A DNA stretch of 63,949 nt, the filler included, from Octopus bimaculoides (taxonomy: Eukaryota), in the NCBI RefSeq assembly GCF_001194135.2. It is 6 parts of 6 records of this genome, joined end to end, with 100 filler letters (N's around TTAATTAATTAA, not from the genome) between each part and the next. Parts side by side here need not be neighbours in the genome. Positions count along the whole stretch, not along the records: positions 31,670 to 58,154 come from NC_068996.1; positions 58,255 to 60,434 come from NC_069003.1; positions 60,535 to 62,675 come from NC_069005.1; positions 62,776 to 63,949 come from NC_068989.1; 2 more parts are not named here. One strand, 5' to 3'. Below the pieces are notes generated by a model. That model had not been told where the DNA came from. It searched no databases and worked only from the letters and a program-made list of their open reading frames with translations. Positions within the stretch are counted from its first letter, which is position 1; every line of letters starts with the position of its first letter. Below, in pieces: positions 50,876-63,949 of the stretch. The translations under genes and the position numbers were made by a program.

Positions 50876-51354
50876 NNNNNNNNNNNNNNNNNNNNNNNNN
50901 NNNNNNNNNNNNNNNNNNNNNNNNNNNNNNNNNNNNNNNNNNNNNNNNNNNNNNNNNNNNNNNNNNNNNNNNNNNNNNNNNNNNNNNNNNNNNNNNNNNN
51001 NNNNNNNNNNNNNNNNNNNNNNNNNNNNNNNNNNNNNNNNNNNNNNNNNNNNNNNNNNNNNNNNNNNNNNNNNNNNNNNNNNNNNNNNNNNNNNNNNNNN
51101 NNNNNNNNNNNNNNNNNNNNNNNNNNNNNNNNNNNNNNNNNNNNNNNNNNNNNNNNNNNNNNNNNNNNNNNNNNNNNNNNNNNNNNNNNNNNNNNNNNNN
51201 NNNNNNNNNTATATATATATATGTATGTATGTATGTATGGATGGATGGATGGATGGATGGATGGGTGTATGTATGCATGTATGTATGTATGCATGTATGT
51301 ATGTATGTATGTGTGTATGTATGTATGTATGTATGTATGTATGTATGTATACAT

Positions 51355-52139
51355 AGGTGCAGGCGTAGCTGCATAGTAAGAGGTTTGCTTCCCAATCATA
51401 TGGTCTTGTGTTCTGTCTCACTGCGTGACATCTTGGGCGTCGACTTCTATTTATAGCTTCGGGTCTACCGAAGACTTATCACTAAACAGAAACTAATTTA
51501 TGCGTCTTCGTATCTGTTTGTCCCCACCCCATCACCACCTCTTGACAACCGTTGTTGGTTTGTTTAAATATTCGTAAACCAGTGGCAAAGGCGACCGATA
51601 GAGTAAGTACCAAGCTGATAGAGAAAAAGTACTGAGGTCGATTCGTTCGACAAAAATGGCTGCAGTCGAATGACTGAAACAAGTAATAAGCTCTTTTACT
51701 CTTTTACTCTTTTACTCGTTTCAGTCTTTTGACTGTGGCCATGCTGGAGCACCGCCTTTAGTCGAGCAAATCGAACCCAGGACTTATTCTTTGGAAGCCT
51801 AGTACTTATTCTATCGATCTGCTTTGCCGAACCGCTATGTTACGGGGACGTAAACACACCACCATCGGTTGTCAAGCGATGTTGGGGGGGGGACAAACAC
51901 AGACACACAAACACATACACACATACATATATATATATATACATATATACGACGGGCTTCTTTCAGTTTCCGTCTACCAAATCCACTCACAAGGCTTTGG
52001 TCGGCCCGAGGCTATAGTAGAAGACACTTGCCCAAGGTGCCACTCAGTGGGACTGAACCCGGAACCATGTGGTTGGTAAGCACGCTACTTACCACACAGC
52101 CACTCCTACGGCTAAGCTATATATATATCTATCTCACTT

Positions 52140-52182
<43 letters not shown>

Positions 52183-52475
52183 GCGGAAGTGGCTGTGTGA
52201 TAAGTAGCTTGCTTACCAACCACATGGTACCGGGTCGAGTCTCAGTGCTTGGCACCTTGGGCAAGTGTCTTCTACTATAGCCTCGGGTCGACCAAAGCCT
52301 TGTGAGTGGATTTGGTAGACGGTGTCCCAACATTTCTTGACAACCGATGTTGGTGTGTTTACGTCCCCGTTAATAGCGGTTCGGCAAAAGAGTCCGATAG
52401 AATAAGTAACAATAAATCCTGGGGTCGATTTGCTCCAGCATGGCTGCAGTCAGATAGCTGAAACAAGTAAAAGAA
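51355..52475. mobile_element. Three adjacent family B SINEs in +/-/+ orientation (51355-51690, 51691-52111, 52183-52475)
   Basis: Tail-to-tail junction ...GACTGAAACAAGTAATAAG|CTCTTTTACTC...GTTTCAGTC; head-to-head pair separated by about 70 nt of (CT)/(TA). Confidence 0.88.
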
Positions 52476-52906
52476 TAATAGAATATATATAAACATTAAG
52501 AGAAAGAAAGAGAGAAAGAGAGAGATTCAGGAGGCAGACAGACAGAAGGACAGAAAGACAGACAGGCAGAGTGACAGACAGAGATACGTAATGGGACAGT
52601 ATTTGCAGAAGAAGAGAATAAAAGGAAACGCAGGAACAATAAAAGATTTCATTAGAATTGTAGGGGAAAAGAGAGAAAGCAGGAAATAGAGAGGGAAAGG
52701 AAGGTATGTACATTGATTTCGTCTTTCATAATAAAACTATAAATTCTAGGAGAAAATGGTGTTGACGAAAGCCGGGTCAAAGTGTTATGGGCAAGATAGC
52801 AGAGAAGATGATTTAGATGCGATAGTGAGAGAAAATTGAATAGCAATAAGGCAAGAAAAAGAGAATTTAGTTACCGGAATATAATTTGGGTGCGCGTGCA
52901 CAAACA

Positions 52907-53009
<103 letters not shown>

Positions 53010-53157
53010 ACACAAACAGTAACATGCACGAGCAGGCAGGCGTGTATATGTGGTTGTGCTTTTATGATTATATATGGTTAGAAATATATATATATATATA
53101 TATATAAAATGTAAATGTATACACACATATATACATACATATATAAAAATGTATGTA

Positions 53158-53199
<42 letters not shown>

Positions 53200-53384
53200 T
53201 ACATACATTTATCCAGATATATTCGTACGTACATACAAACTCGGATAGAAAGTGTATATTTGAGTTAGAGAAACTGGTTCCTTCTGCCGTTGTCTTTTGA
53301 TAATAAATTTAAACAAGAACAGAAAAAGAACAACCATGATAACTACAACAACAACAACGATAATCATAATAATAATCATAATGA

Positions 53385-53590
53385 TTTCAAATTTTGGCGC
53401 AAGACTTTAAATTTGGGGGGAAGGGAGTAGTCGATTACATCGACCCTAATATTCAACTGGTATTTATTTTACGTACTCCGAAAGGATGAAAGCATAGTCG
53501 TCCTCAGCTAAATTTGAACTCAGAACATGCAGATGGACGAAATAGTTGCAAAACCTCTTGCCCAGCGTGCTAACGATTCTGCCGTCTAAA
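53385..53590 (-). mobile_element. SINE family A (further minus-strand copies at about 56495-56685 and 56740-56850)
   Basis: CGATTACATCGACCC..CAACTGGTATTTATTT..AATTTGAACTCAGAAC..GCTAACGATTCTGCC. Confidence 0.8.
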
Positions 53591-53591
53591 C

Positions 53592-53669
<78 letters not shown>

Positions 53670-53673
<4 letters not shown>

Positions 53674-54104
53674 CCCAGCAATGGCTGAGAAGCTCAGGAC
53701 TCAAAGCAGAGACTGAAGGATGTTTAATTGCTGCACAAGACCAGAGCCTCCCCACCAGAAATTACCAAAACCACATAATGAAAAGAAACATAACTAGTAA
53801 CTGTAGAATATATGGAGATCGACAAGAAACAATAAATCATATTATCTCTGGCTGCCCAGTCCTGGCTAAGAAGGAATATATTCACAGACACGACAGAGCT
53901 GGGACCTATATACACTGGAAGCTATGCCAACACTATGTAATAACAACAGAAAAAAGATGGTATAAACACACGCCAGAAAAGGTCACAGAAAACGAGAAAG
54001 CAACCATACTCTGGGATATGCCAATACACACAGATAGAGAAATTAAGGCCAATAGACCAGATATAGTTGTCAAAGATCATGAAGAAAAAAAATGCTTTCT
54101 AATT
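53670..54104 (+). mobile_element. R4/Dong-clade non-LTR retrotransposon 3' fragment (zinc knuckle plus restriction-like endonuclease)
   Basis: SQQWLRSSGLKAETEGCLIAAQDQSLPTRNY..CRIYGDRQETINHIISGC (second Cys changed to Tyr), YIHRHD, ILWD..TDREIKANRPDIVV; flanked by (AAT)n on both sides. Confidence 0.9.
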
Positions 54105-54564
54105 NNNNNNNNNNNNNNNNNNNNNNNNNNNNNNNNNNNNNNNNNNNNNNNNNNNNNNNNNNNNNNNNNNNNNNNNNNNNNNNNNNNNNNNNNNNNNNNN
54201 NNNNNNNNNNNNNNNNNNNNNNNNNNNNNNNNNNNNNNNNNNNNNNNNNNNNNNNNNNNNNNNNNNNNNNNNNNNNNNNNNNNNNNNNNNNNNNNNNNNN
54301 NNNNNNNNNNNNNNNNNNNNNNNNNNNNNNNNNNNNNNNNNNNNNNNNNNNNNNNNNNNNNNNNNNNNNNNNNNNNNNNNNNNNNNNNNNNNNNNNNNNN
54401 NNNNNNNNNNNNNNNNNNNNNNNNNNNNNNNNNNNNNNNNNNNNNNNNNNNNNNNNNNNNNNNNNNNNNNNNNNNNNNNNNNNNNNNNNNNNNNNNNNNN
54501 NNNNNNNNNNNNNNNNNNNNNNNNNNNNNNNNNNNNNNNNNNATAATAATAATAATAATAATAA

Positions 54565-54595
<31 letters not shown>

Positions 54596-54607
54596 AAGAA
54601 GAAGAGC

Positions 54608-54671
<64 letters not shown>

Positions 54672-55358
54672 GACGGACGGAAGGAAGTCTCAGAAAATCA
54701 AGTGTGAGTATCCGGAAGGGAGAAATAATGGAGAAAAAAAAGAAGGCTGGGCGCAAGGAGAAGAAAGGCTAAATGATGATAAAATGAGAGGAGGAAGCGG
54801 AGAGTAAAAGCAATCGATGTGAAAGTAAGGAAGGGAGAGTGACGGGGCGAAGTGTTATGCCATTTATAGAGACATGAATGAAGAGAGAAGAAAGAGAAGG
54901 GAAGGTGGAAGAAGAAAAGAAACTAAGATGATGCTGAAGGAAATGAGAAGGTGAAAGAGGGAAGCGGAAAGAGCGAGGAACGAAGGTTGATAATCATTTA
55001 TCGAAACTCTTCCGGTTGAGAAAATAAAAACACCAACCAAAGAAAAAGAAAAATAAGCTGAAAGCTAAAAAATAAGAAAATAAATATATATAAGATACAG
55101 GACAAAAAATATCAATAAAAATAACGCGGCAGGGAAAGATTGTAAAAGAAAATCAAAAATAAATGAAAGAAGGGAGACGAAGAAGAATGAGAAAGGAAAA
55201 GAAAGAAAGAAAAAAAAACAGTAAAGGAAACCAAAAACGGCGGTGGTTGACGCAGGGACCTGTCAGTATGACACGTGGCTCTGCTAATCAAAGCAGTAGA
55301 AACATCCTGAAAAAACAATAACAAAGAAAATCATAAGAACAATAACAAGAGCAGGACA

Positions 55359-55390
<32 letters not shown>

Positions 55391-55410
55391 CGCATACAAA
55401 CACACACACT

Positions 55411-55451
<41 letters not shown>

Positions 55452-55546
55452 GGATATAAATACATATAGATATACATGCATATATACATATATATACATG
55501 TATATCTATATGTATATATATGTATGTATATATGTATATATAAATA

Positions 55547-55577
<31 letters not shown>

Positions 55578-55870
55578 TTGCTGCAGGCAGGGTTCATCAT
55601 TCTTGGCAGGGATTGAGTGGTGGTTATAGTGTGTGTGTGTGGGGTGGACACAATAAAAAGTGAGGGATCGGACGGGACGAGAACGGGACGAGATGGGACA
55701 TAACTAGTATGTTGCGCCTGTGTGCACGTGCCTACACGTGTGGCACAGGATGTATGTTTACGTGCAAGTGTATCCGTGTTTGTGCGCGTGTGTATCTGTG
55801 TGAGTGTGTGTGTGTGTTTTTGTTTGTGTGCATGTGTGTGTGTGTGCGTTTTTGTTTGTGTGCGTGTGTG

Positions 55871-55913
<43 letters not shown>

Positions 55914-56034
55914 GTCTGTGTTCGTGTGCGTGTGTTATTTCAGTAGTTGCAACAGAGAAATTAAATGAAAAGTGGAGAAATAGAAGAGATTAAGATCAGG
56001 TAAAATGAATTTTGTGTCGATAACGATGTAGAAA

Positions 56035-56082
<48 letters not shown>

Positions 56083-56929
56083 AGGAAAGAAAGAAAGAAA
56101 GAAAGAAAGAAAAAAGGAAAGAAACAAACAAACAAACAAACAAACAAACAAAGAATGACCGAGTGTCATATTGGTAACGAAATATTGATATTACCTCATA
56201 TAGAAACTGAAAACTTTTGGAGCCAGTGTTGTCAAAACAATTGTTTTGTTTAGCAATAGATTATATTATAATGCTTAATGTTATTGTTACCGTGAATGGG
56301 TTGAGGACAGAAGCATCAGGACTGGTTCAACGATCCAAGAACTAACAATAGTTTACTAGTTTTTCCTTATGTTTCTTTATATTCACAGATCAAATCCGGA
56401 TGGAGTTAAAATTTATTTAAATGTTAGAAGTTGATTACATTGATAATAAGCTTCAGACAAATTGCAATACGCTTGTTCGAAATAATAATATGGTGTCAAA
56501 TTTAGGCACACGGCCAGCAAGTTTACAGGTTGAGGTAAGTTTATTACATCGATTCAAGTATTCAACTAATTGTTATTTTACCGATCATGAAAGGCTGAAA
56601 AACAAAGTGGACCCCGTTGGAATTTGCATACAGAGCATAAAAACAAAGAAGAAATGCCACTCAGCATTTTGGCGACGCACTTGAGAAAATTTATAATTAA
56701 ACAATAAAGAGTTCAAAACGTTTAGAGAAAAAGGATGAACGTGTATATCGGCCCCATTACGTAACTGGTACTTTTTTTATGACCCCTGGAATATCGAAAG
56801 CCAAAACCGACCTCGGGAGACTTTGAACTGGTGGAGCATTGCTATCCATGACACGAAGACACCAAACAGAAGGCTATAGCAATAGTGTGTATACGAAAAC
56901 TTAAAGAAAACATGTGAAATATATCCGCA

Positions 56930-58011
56930 TACACAGGAGGATGAGTTGTAAAGTTCACAGACTGACTGTGAAAGAGTGATGCTAAAGCTGCAAAATCTTG
57001 TATGCAATGACATTCAAGCTGATATCGTTGCTATATCTGGCGATGAGGCTCCAGCTTTATCAACAGTGCAAAAGTGAGCCGTTGAATTTAATAGGGGAAC
57101 AGAGAAACTTGAAGATAACCCAAGGTCTGAACATCCTACAACTTCCATCACCGAAGCAGACATCTTGTTCACTACATGATGATGGATGAGAGGCAATTGA
57201 TTATAAATCAAAAAGCCAATACTATTAGCATATCCTGTGAGAGAGTTGAGAATATTCTGCACTATAAACTTCGCATGACAAAGGTTTTTACTCGGATGGT
57301 GTCACGTCTTCTGACGCCGGATCAAAAGTGCATCGAGGCAGATCCAGGTGGTTTCCTTGCATGTTTCATAACGGAAGATAAATGTTGGTTTCATCACTTT
57401 GAGTCAGATACAAAGAGACAATGCATAGACTGGAAACACCATACTTTATCTGCTCCAAGGAATGCCAAAATCGTTTCATCTACAGGAAAGTTGATGGCCT
57501 CATTTTTTTTTTTTTAGAGGAAAAAGCATATGTTTATTGACTATCTTTGAAAGGGTCACACCATGGAGAGTACTATGACTACATACTGAGGTAGCTGCGA
57601 AAGGCTCTCAACACCAAACGTCCAGAAAAACCAGTGAAAGGGATCTTGTTTCATTAGGACAGTGTTCTAGTACAAAAGTCCTTGTTTGCAATGGCTGCTG
57701 TGCATGACTAGATTTGAACTGGTTGATCACACTCTCTACTCTCCTGGTTTGGTCCCATCTTGCTTCATCTGTTCTTCAACATGAAAAACCGCTTGGCTTG
57801 GAACCAGTATCGCAGTGATGCGATACTGGAATCATATCTGGTATGGATGATTTGGGGATCAAGAGAATAAAAGCACCAATAGGATCAAAGCGCTTCTATA
57901 ACGACGAATAATTATACTGGAAGGAGAATTATACTGAAAATTAGACCTCATTTTATCACATTCCACGAGAGTGTCTTGGTCAGGCAATGAATGTTTCAGC
58001 TGACCCTGGTA
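56930..58011 (+). pseudogene. Decayed mariner transposase element
   Basis: GDEAPALSTVQK*AVEFNRG..LEDNPRS, RMVSRLLTPDQK (WVPR-like), ITEDKCWFHHFESDTK (TGDETW-like), YSPGLVPS (YSPDLAPS-like); degenerate terminal repeats. Confidence 0.85.
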
Positions 58012-58113
58012 TGTATGTATACATCTATGTTGGTATGTGTGCATGTATTTGTATGCACATATAAGTATATAACTCGGGAAGATGTGGTTGGGAAGCAAGC
58101 TTCTTACCATGTA

Positions 58114-58154
<41 letters not shown>

Positions 58155-60398
58155 NNNNNNNNNNNNNNNNNNNNNNNNNNNNNNNNNNNNNNNNNNNNTT
58201 AATTAATTAANNNNNNNNNNNNNNNNNNNNNNNNNNNNNNNNNNNNNNNNNNNNATATATACATACATAATTTTTTATTGTTGTTGTTATTGTTGTTAGG
58301 GTCAGCGACGTTAATGGCGACACCAGAGGCGGTGGTAGGCGATGGTGGTGCTATTGTGAATGTTACTGGTTCCTTTGTACCGTTTTTCTTAATGTTATTC
58401 GCGTTAATCTTTGTAGTCTTTTAATGACTTCTTTCTCTCTCTCTCCCACTCTCTCTCCCACTCTCTTTCCCTCTCTCCTCCTCCTTTCCTCTCCCCTTCA
58501 TCCATTAACCCTTTGTTTTGTTTAATTCTTTTTTTTTGTATTTATTTCATCAAAGTCAAGCTTTTATCCTCCATTTTATACTGTATTTATATTACTACAA
58601 TATTATAAAACAATAATAATAATGTGCATTATCATACATTATTGTTGTATTTTCGTGCATGTAAACATCTTTGATATTTAATTGTTTTCGTTTAATTGCC
58701 TTAACAAACCACACTTGTTGTTGTTGTTGTTGTTGTAATTGTTAAAAGAAACACAAAACGATTAAAGGGATACAAAACGCGCGAGTTTCTAGGTAGTTAT
58801 GTACGCATATCTGTGTGTGTGCGTGCATACGTCTGTGCATGTATGTGTGCTTATATATGTTTCTGGGTGTGTGTGTGTGTGTGTGTATGCTTGTATGTAT
58901 TTATACATGCACACTCACACACACACACACACACACACTCATTCACTCACTCACACACACACACACACACTCATTCACACACACACACACACACACACAC
59001 GTATGAAATAACTTCTTTGTAGGAAGAAGAAATCTTGCAATTTTCTATTTCAGAATTNNNNNNNNNNNNNNNNNNNNNNNNNNNNNNNNNNNNNNNNNNN
59101 NNNNNNNNNNNNNNNNNNNNNNNNNNNNNNNNNNNNNNNNNNNNNNNNNNNNNNNNNNNNNNNNNNNNNNNNNNNNNNNNNNNNNNNNNNNNNNNNNNNN
59201 NNNNNNNNNNNNNNNNNNNNNNNNNNNNNNNNNNNNNNNNNNNNNNNNNNNNNNNNNNNNNNNNNNNNNNNNNNNNNNNNNNNNNNNNNNNNNNNNNNNN
59301 NNNNNNNNNNNNNNNNNNNNNNNNNNNNNNNNNNNNNNNNNNNNNNNNNNNNNNNNNNNNNNNNNNNNNNNNNNNNNNNNNNNNNNNNNNNNNNNNNNNN
59401 NNNNNNNNNNNNNNNNNNNNNNNNNNNNNNNNNNNNNNNNNNNNNNNNNNNNNNNNNNNNNNNNNNNNNNNNNNNNNNNNNNNNNNNNNNNNNNNNNNNN
59501 NNNNNNNNNNNNNNNNNNNNNNNNNNNNNNNNNNNNNNNNNNNNNNNNNNNNNNNNNNNNNNNNNNNNNNNNNNNNNNNNNNNNNNNNNNNNNNNNNNNN
59601 NNNNNNNNNNNNNNNNNNNNNNNNNNNNNNNNNNNNNNNNNNNNNNNNNNNNNNNNNNNNNNNNNNNNNNNNNNNNNNNNNNNNNNNNNNNNNNNNNNNN
59701 NNNNNNNNNNNNNNNNNNNNNNNNNNNNNNNNNNNNNNNNNNNNNNNNNNNNNNNNNNNNNNNNNNNNNNNNNNNNNNNNNNNNNNNNNNNNNNNNNNNN
59801 NNNNNNNNNNNNNNNNNNNNNNNNNNNNNNNNNNNNNNNNNNNNNNNNNNNNNNNNNNNNNNNNNNNGAGGAGGAGCAGAGGAAGAAGATGGTGATGATG
59901 ATGATTAAGAAGAAGAAGAACGACAGTGACGATGGCGAAGTGTCAACTGAGATGGAAAAACAGTAAACAGAAGAGTAAATAGCTTTGCGGCTTGAGGGTC
60001 TTAATTGGTAACGATCTCTACTTTTTAGCGGGACACACCAAAAACAGACGTTAAGAATAAGTGAATATATAATAAATATGGAAATTTCACTGGATCTCAT
60101 TTTCTCCCTCTCTGTCTTTCTATCTCTGTGACTCTCGATCTCTGCCTATCTATTTACCGGTATGTCTATCTGTCTATCTTTCTATCTATCTATCTGTCTG
60201 TTTGTCTGTATTTCGGTTTGTCTATTTATCTATCTATCTATCTATTTATCTATCTATCTATCTGTCTGTCTGTCTGTTTGTCTATATGTCGGTTTGTTTA
60301 TCTATCTATCTATCTATCTATCTGTCTGTCTATCTATTTGTGTGTTTACCTATCCATCTATTTATCTATTTGTTTGTCTTTCTGTATGTATTTTGAAC

Positions 60399-60434
<36 letters not shown>

Positions 60435-60576
60435 NNNNNNNNNNNNNNNNNNNNNNNNNNNNNNNNNNNNNNNNNNNNTTAATTAATTAANNNNNNNNNN
60501 NNNNNNNNNNNNNNNNNNNNNNNNNNNNNNNNNNAATCAATAACTTTATCCAGTTTCTATTGCATTTCTTAAAGTT

Positions 60577-60938
60577 ACTGCGTGGCACCTTGGGCAAGTG
60601 TCTTCTACTATAGCCTCGGGCCGACCAAAGCCTTGTGAGTGGATTTGGTAGACGGAAACTGAAAGAAGCCCATCATATATATGTGTGTAGATATATATAT
60701 ATATATATATGTATGTATGTGTGTGTGTTTGTGTGTCTGTGTTTGTCCCCCCCAACATCGCTTGACAACCGATGCTGGTGTGTTTACGTCCCCGTAACTT
60801 AGCGGTTCGGCAAAAGAGACTGATAGAATAAGTACTAGGCTTCCAAAGAATAAGTCCTGGGGTCGATTTGCTCGACTAAAGGCGGTGCTCCAGCATGGCC
60901 ACAGTCAAATGACTGAAACAAGCAAAAGAGCAAAAGAG
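60577..60938 (+). mobile_element. SINE family B, near-consensus copy
   Basis: CTGCGTGGCACCTTGGGCAAGTGTCTTCTACTATAGCCTCGGGCCGACC...CAAATGACTGAAACAAGCAAAAGAG. Confidence 0.9.
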
Positions 60939-61299
60939 TATAAAAAGGCTACAAGACAATTTATGATTAATTCAAACTAATATGAATAAATAAGCATTAC
61001 ATCTAACTGAGTAATCTGAATACTAAAGGATTAATTAAGAAGCCTGCCAATGGGCACCTCTGTGCCTCATATTTGTGTAATTAATCTTAATCCTCTTACC
61101 ATGAAAATCAATTATATCCATTCAAAATTTTATTATCTTCAACCAGTTTTATATACTGGCCAATCATTATTTGAGGAATGTCATGTATGAAACTACTTTA
61201 TTGAGGTAACCTGACTTGCAGGAAATAGCAGTTCTATTTTTTGGTAGATATTTAATATCATTACTGGAGTAACCATGAAATCTAATTTCACAGTTAAAG

Positions 61300-61560
61300 G
61301 GTTAAAGATTATAAAGAATAGAAGAGGGTTGAAGACAGAGCCATGCTGTACACCAACTTGTTCTCATAGCGTACCAAATCTTGTTTTTGCATGTTAGATC
61401 CTTTCAAGACATATTCATTTACACTCACAAGACTTCATAGCACTGGAAACTATCCAAGACCTTCCCTGGATCAATATAAGTAGTCCATTTTTAGTTAAGA
61501 ACTTTCTTTACAGATCTTCCATTAGAAGAGGATCTAAGAAGGTGGGCTTAATAGGTCTTC
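61300..61560 (-). pseudogene. Highly decayed non-LTR RT fragment (RTE-like)
   Basis: Minus strand YIDPGKVLD (DxxKAFD-like) followed by VGVQHGSVFNPLLFFII (GVxQGSVLSPLLF-like) in RT order. Confidence 0.55.
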
Positions 61561-63157
61561 TTCAACCTCTATCAGTTATTTAGAAAAGTATACCTGAAAC
61601 CAACTTTATTACCATGCTTTTCTTGTGTCCAATTTTAAGGTTGTTTTTTTTTTTTTGTTTTTTTTGCTTTGCTTTTCTGAATATTATATAATAGGTATTT
61701 TTTATGGCTATAGTGGGGTTAAAAATGATGTTGTTTTTGTGCATTTTGAGGGTTGGGTTTTTTGGGGGTTTTTTCTGTAATAGGTGCTGGTTGGTTTTCT
61801 AACTCTAAATATACATCGTTGGAGTCTGTTCATGTTGTGGCTCAGAGAATTTCTTGTTCTGTAAGGAAATTGTCTGTTGATAGTAAGAAAGGAGAATTTA
61901 GAAAGATTAGTAAAATATCAGGATAGGGCAGTGAATTGTCAGAGTTGATAGAGCATCAAACAGGCTATTTTGCAGTATTTATTCAGCCCTGTATGTTAGA
62001 TGGGTATTGATATGTTAGTAGATGTTAGGCAACATGTTGTCCCATAATAAAACAAAATCTAATGGTGTTTAAATAAGATTTATTTTTACAGAAGTACATT
62101 ACAATATTTACATTTTTACATAGTTGCTTGCCATTAGTGTCAAGTGGTCTGCCAGAAGCAAATGTAGTTTAGAGTTACATTAATAACAGAAAAGATTAGC
62201 TTTGTGTCAAAGGCTGGAATAATGCTCTGTCCATTGTGGTGAAAGATTCCTTTAACCCAGGGCTGAGCTGCAACCAAGGGAATTTGTTTGCTTAAAGATC
62301 TTGTGGTTTGAGCATCTCAATTGTTTGTGGAGAGAATTTGCTGGGTACTTAATTGTGTGGTGATGATGACAACGGCAATGATGATTATTGATGATGATGA
62401 CAGTTTCTTCAATAGCTCTGGAGGTTGGGGATTGTGGAACTGTTGGGAATGTTTTTAACTTTGGTGTTATATGTATTGCTTGAATTTCTTTGACATATGA
62501 AATATATGTATTTTCACTGGGTCTGTAAAAGAGAGTTGTGTAGCTCTCGAGTTTTAGGGATTCACACAGATACACAGACAGACAGACACACAGACAGACA
62601 GACAGACAGACACACAGACAGACAGACACACATTCTCATCTTTATATATAGAGATATATATATATACACACACACNNNNNNNNNNNNNNNNNNNNNNNNN
62701 NNNNNNNNNNNNNNNNNNNTTAATTAATTAANNNNNNNNNNNNNNNNNNNNNNNNNNNNNNNNNNNNNNNNNNNNATATATATATATATGTTTCTATGTA
62801 TGTATGTATGTATGTATGTATATGTATGTATGTATATACATACATATATATGTACATTGTGCGTGTGTTTGTGTGTGTCTTTTTGCATGCAGAGAATTAG
62901 TGAACAGAAATTTGAAAGTACGAACTTGTCGTACAGAAACCTACTTTTTAGCAATCATATGCATAAGTAAATGAGCAGTATCTATCCTGAAGAATAAAAC
63001 TGTTGGAAGATGTTAAATAAAAAAAGAAAAGATACCAACAAAAGACAAAAAAGAAAAATAGACTGATAAAGAAAAAATAAGAAGTGAAAGTACTTCGTAG
63101 TACTATAGAAATTCGTTCTCAGTTTCGCAGATACGTGGTCACACTACTGAGGGCAAA

Positions 63158-63371
63158 TACGAAGGGGTGCTGAAAAGTTCTTAGCTTGGGTAAAAGAAAA
63201 TACAAGTAGACTAGTTAATTATGATTTTACTGAACATATTCTATCAGATTCACACACTTATTGCAGCGGTCCTTCAGTTTTTCTAAGCCCTGTAAAATAA
63301 CTTGGAATGCTAGATATTAACCAGGCCTCTCATGATACTCTTAAAACCAGGAACTTTTCAGGCTCTTCTTA
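63158..63371 (-). mobile_element. Mariner-derived MITE, same family as 20760-20979
   Basis: TACGAAGGGGTGCTGAAAAGTTC and GAACTTTTCAGGCTCTTCTTA terminal repeats; internal sequence colinear with the 20.8-kb copy. Confidence 0.78.
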
Positions 63372-63698
63372 TAGTGAGAAATATAGAATGTAGATGGATG
63401 GACAATCTTGAATGACATATCTCAGTCTGAAGTAGAGAACTGTATGACGTAAAATAGCGAAGATTATCTATCTTTCTTTAGAAGAGTGTGCAAAAGCGCA
63501 AGCAATATGCAACCGCACACGTACATAGATATATATTCATACAAGCACACTGACACAAGTATGTACGTAAGTATGTATGTATGTATCTATGTATGTATGT
63601 ATGTATATATGTATGTATGTATGCTTGTATGTGTGTGTATGTATGTATGCATGTATATATGTATGTATGTATGTATGCATGCATGTATCTATCTATCT

Positions 63699-63949
63699 GA
63701 GAGCAATAAAAGCAGAAGCGGTTAGGTATAGCAAAGCACTAGTCATAGACAGAAACAGAGTAGAGGGTGAACTAGTTAAGAAACTAGAAGAGGCAATTAG
63801 AAGTGGCATTGCATCCAACGTTTTGGCAGCGAGGTTGGCCCTAGACCAACACTTCAACGCCAAACATGAAGGGTGCGTTGTCAGGGCTAGGATGCGTGCT
63901 CTAAGGAACGAAGGTGTTGGAGCCGCGCGAGAGGCTCGGGTGGCGGAGG
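63699..63949 (+). mobile_element. 5'-truncated copy of the same Tx1/L1 family, continuing beyond the window
   Basis: RAIKAEAVRYSKALV..LVKKLEEAIRSG..LAARLALDQHFNAKHEGCVVRARMRALRNEGVGAAREARVAE matches the minus strand of 49960-50200. Confidence 0.9.

Noticed and set aside
55240-55320. Good minus-strand splice acceptor (TTGTTTTTTCAG) followed by a short open frame [16 protein letters not shown]
   Set aside because: No convincing donor and no recognisable homology; such acceptors are frequent in pyrimidine-rich DNA.

Overview
Repeat-saturated, gappy (about 8-9 kb of N) animal genomic DNA. It is most likely an octopus or other coleoid cephalopod intron or intergenic region; this is inferred from the SINE types and extreme microsatellite load and was not verified by a search. 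No host protein-coding exon can be supported, and nearly all ORF-track entries are microsatellite or N-gap artefacts. Recognisable content: three decayed mariner transposases and two mariner-derived MITEs; fragments of five retrotransposon groups (Penelope-like GIY-YIG, RTE, CR1/L2-type RT, Tx1/L1, R4/Dong); many copies of about five SINE-like families; and a degenerate TTAGGG tract. The most notable signals are absent from the ORF track. (1) Several minimal type I hammerhead ribozyme motifs from different families, each with a palindromic stem III; one intact copy sits in the loop of a 56-bp inverted repeat (33315-33491). (2) A 117-nt near-perfect hairpin (38325-38441). (3) A 3.6-kb Penelope-like insertion with inverted termini. 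(4) A Tx1 element lacking its whole RT domain, whose family may target (TCTA)n repeats.
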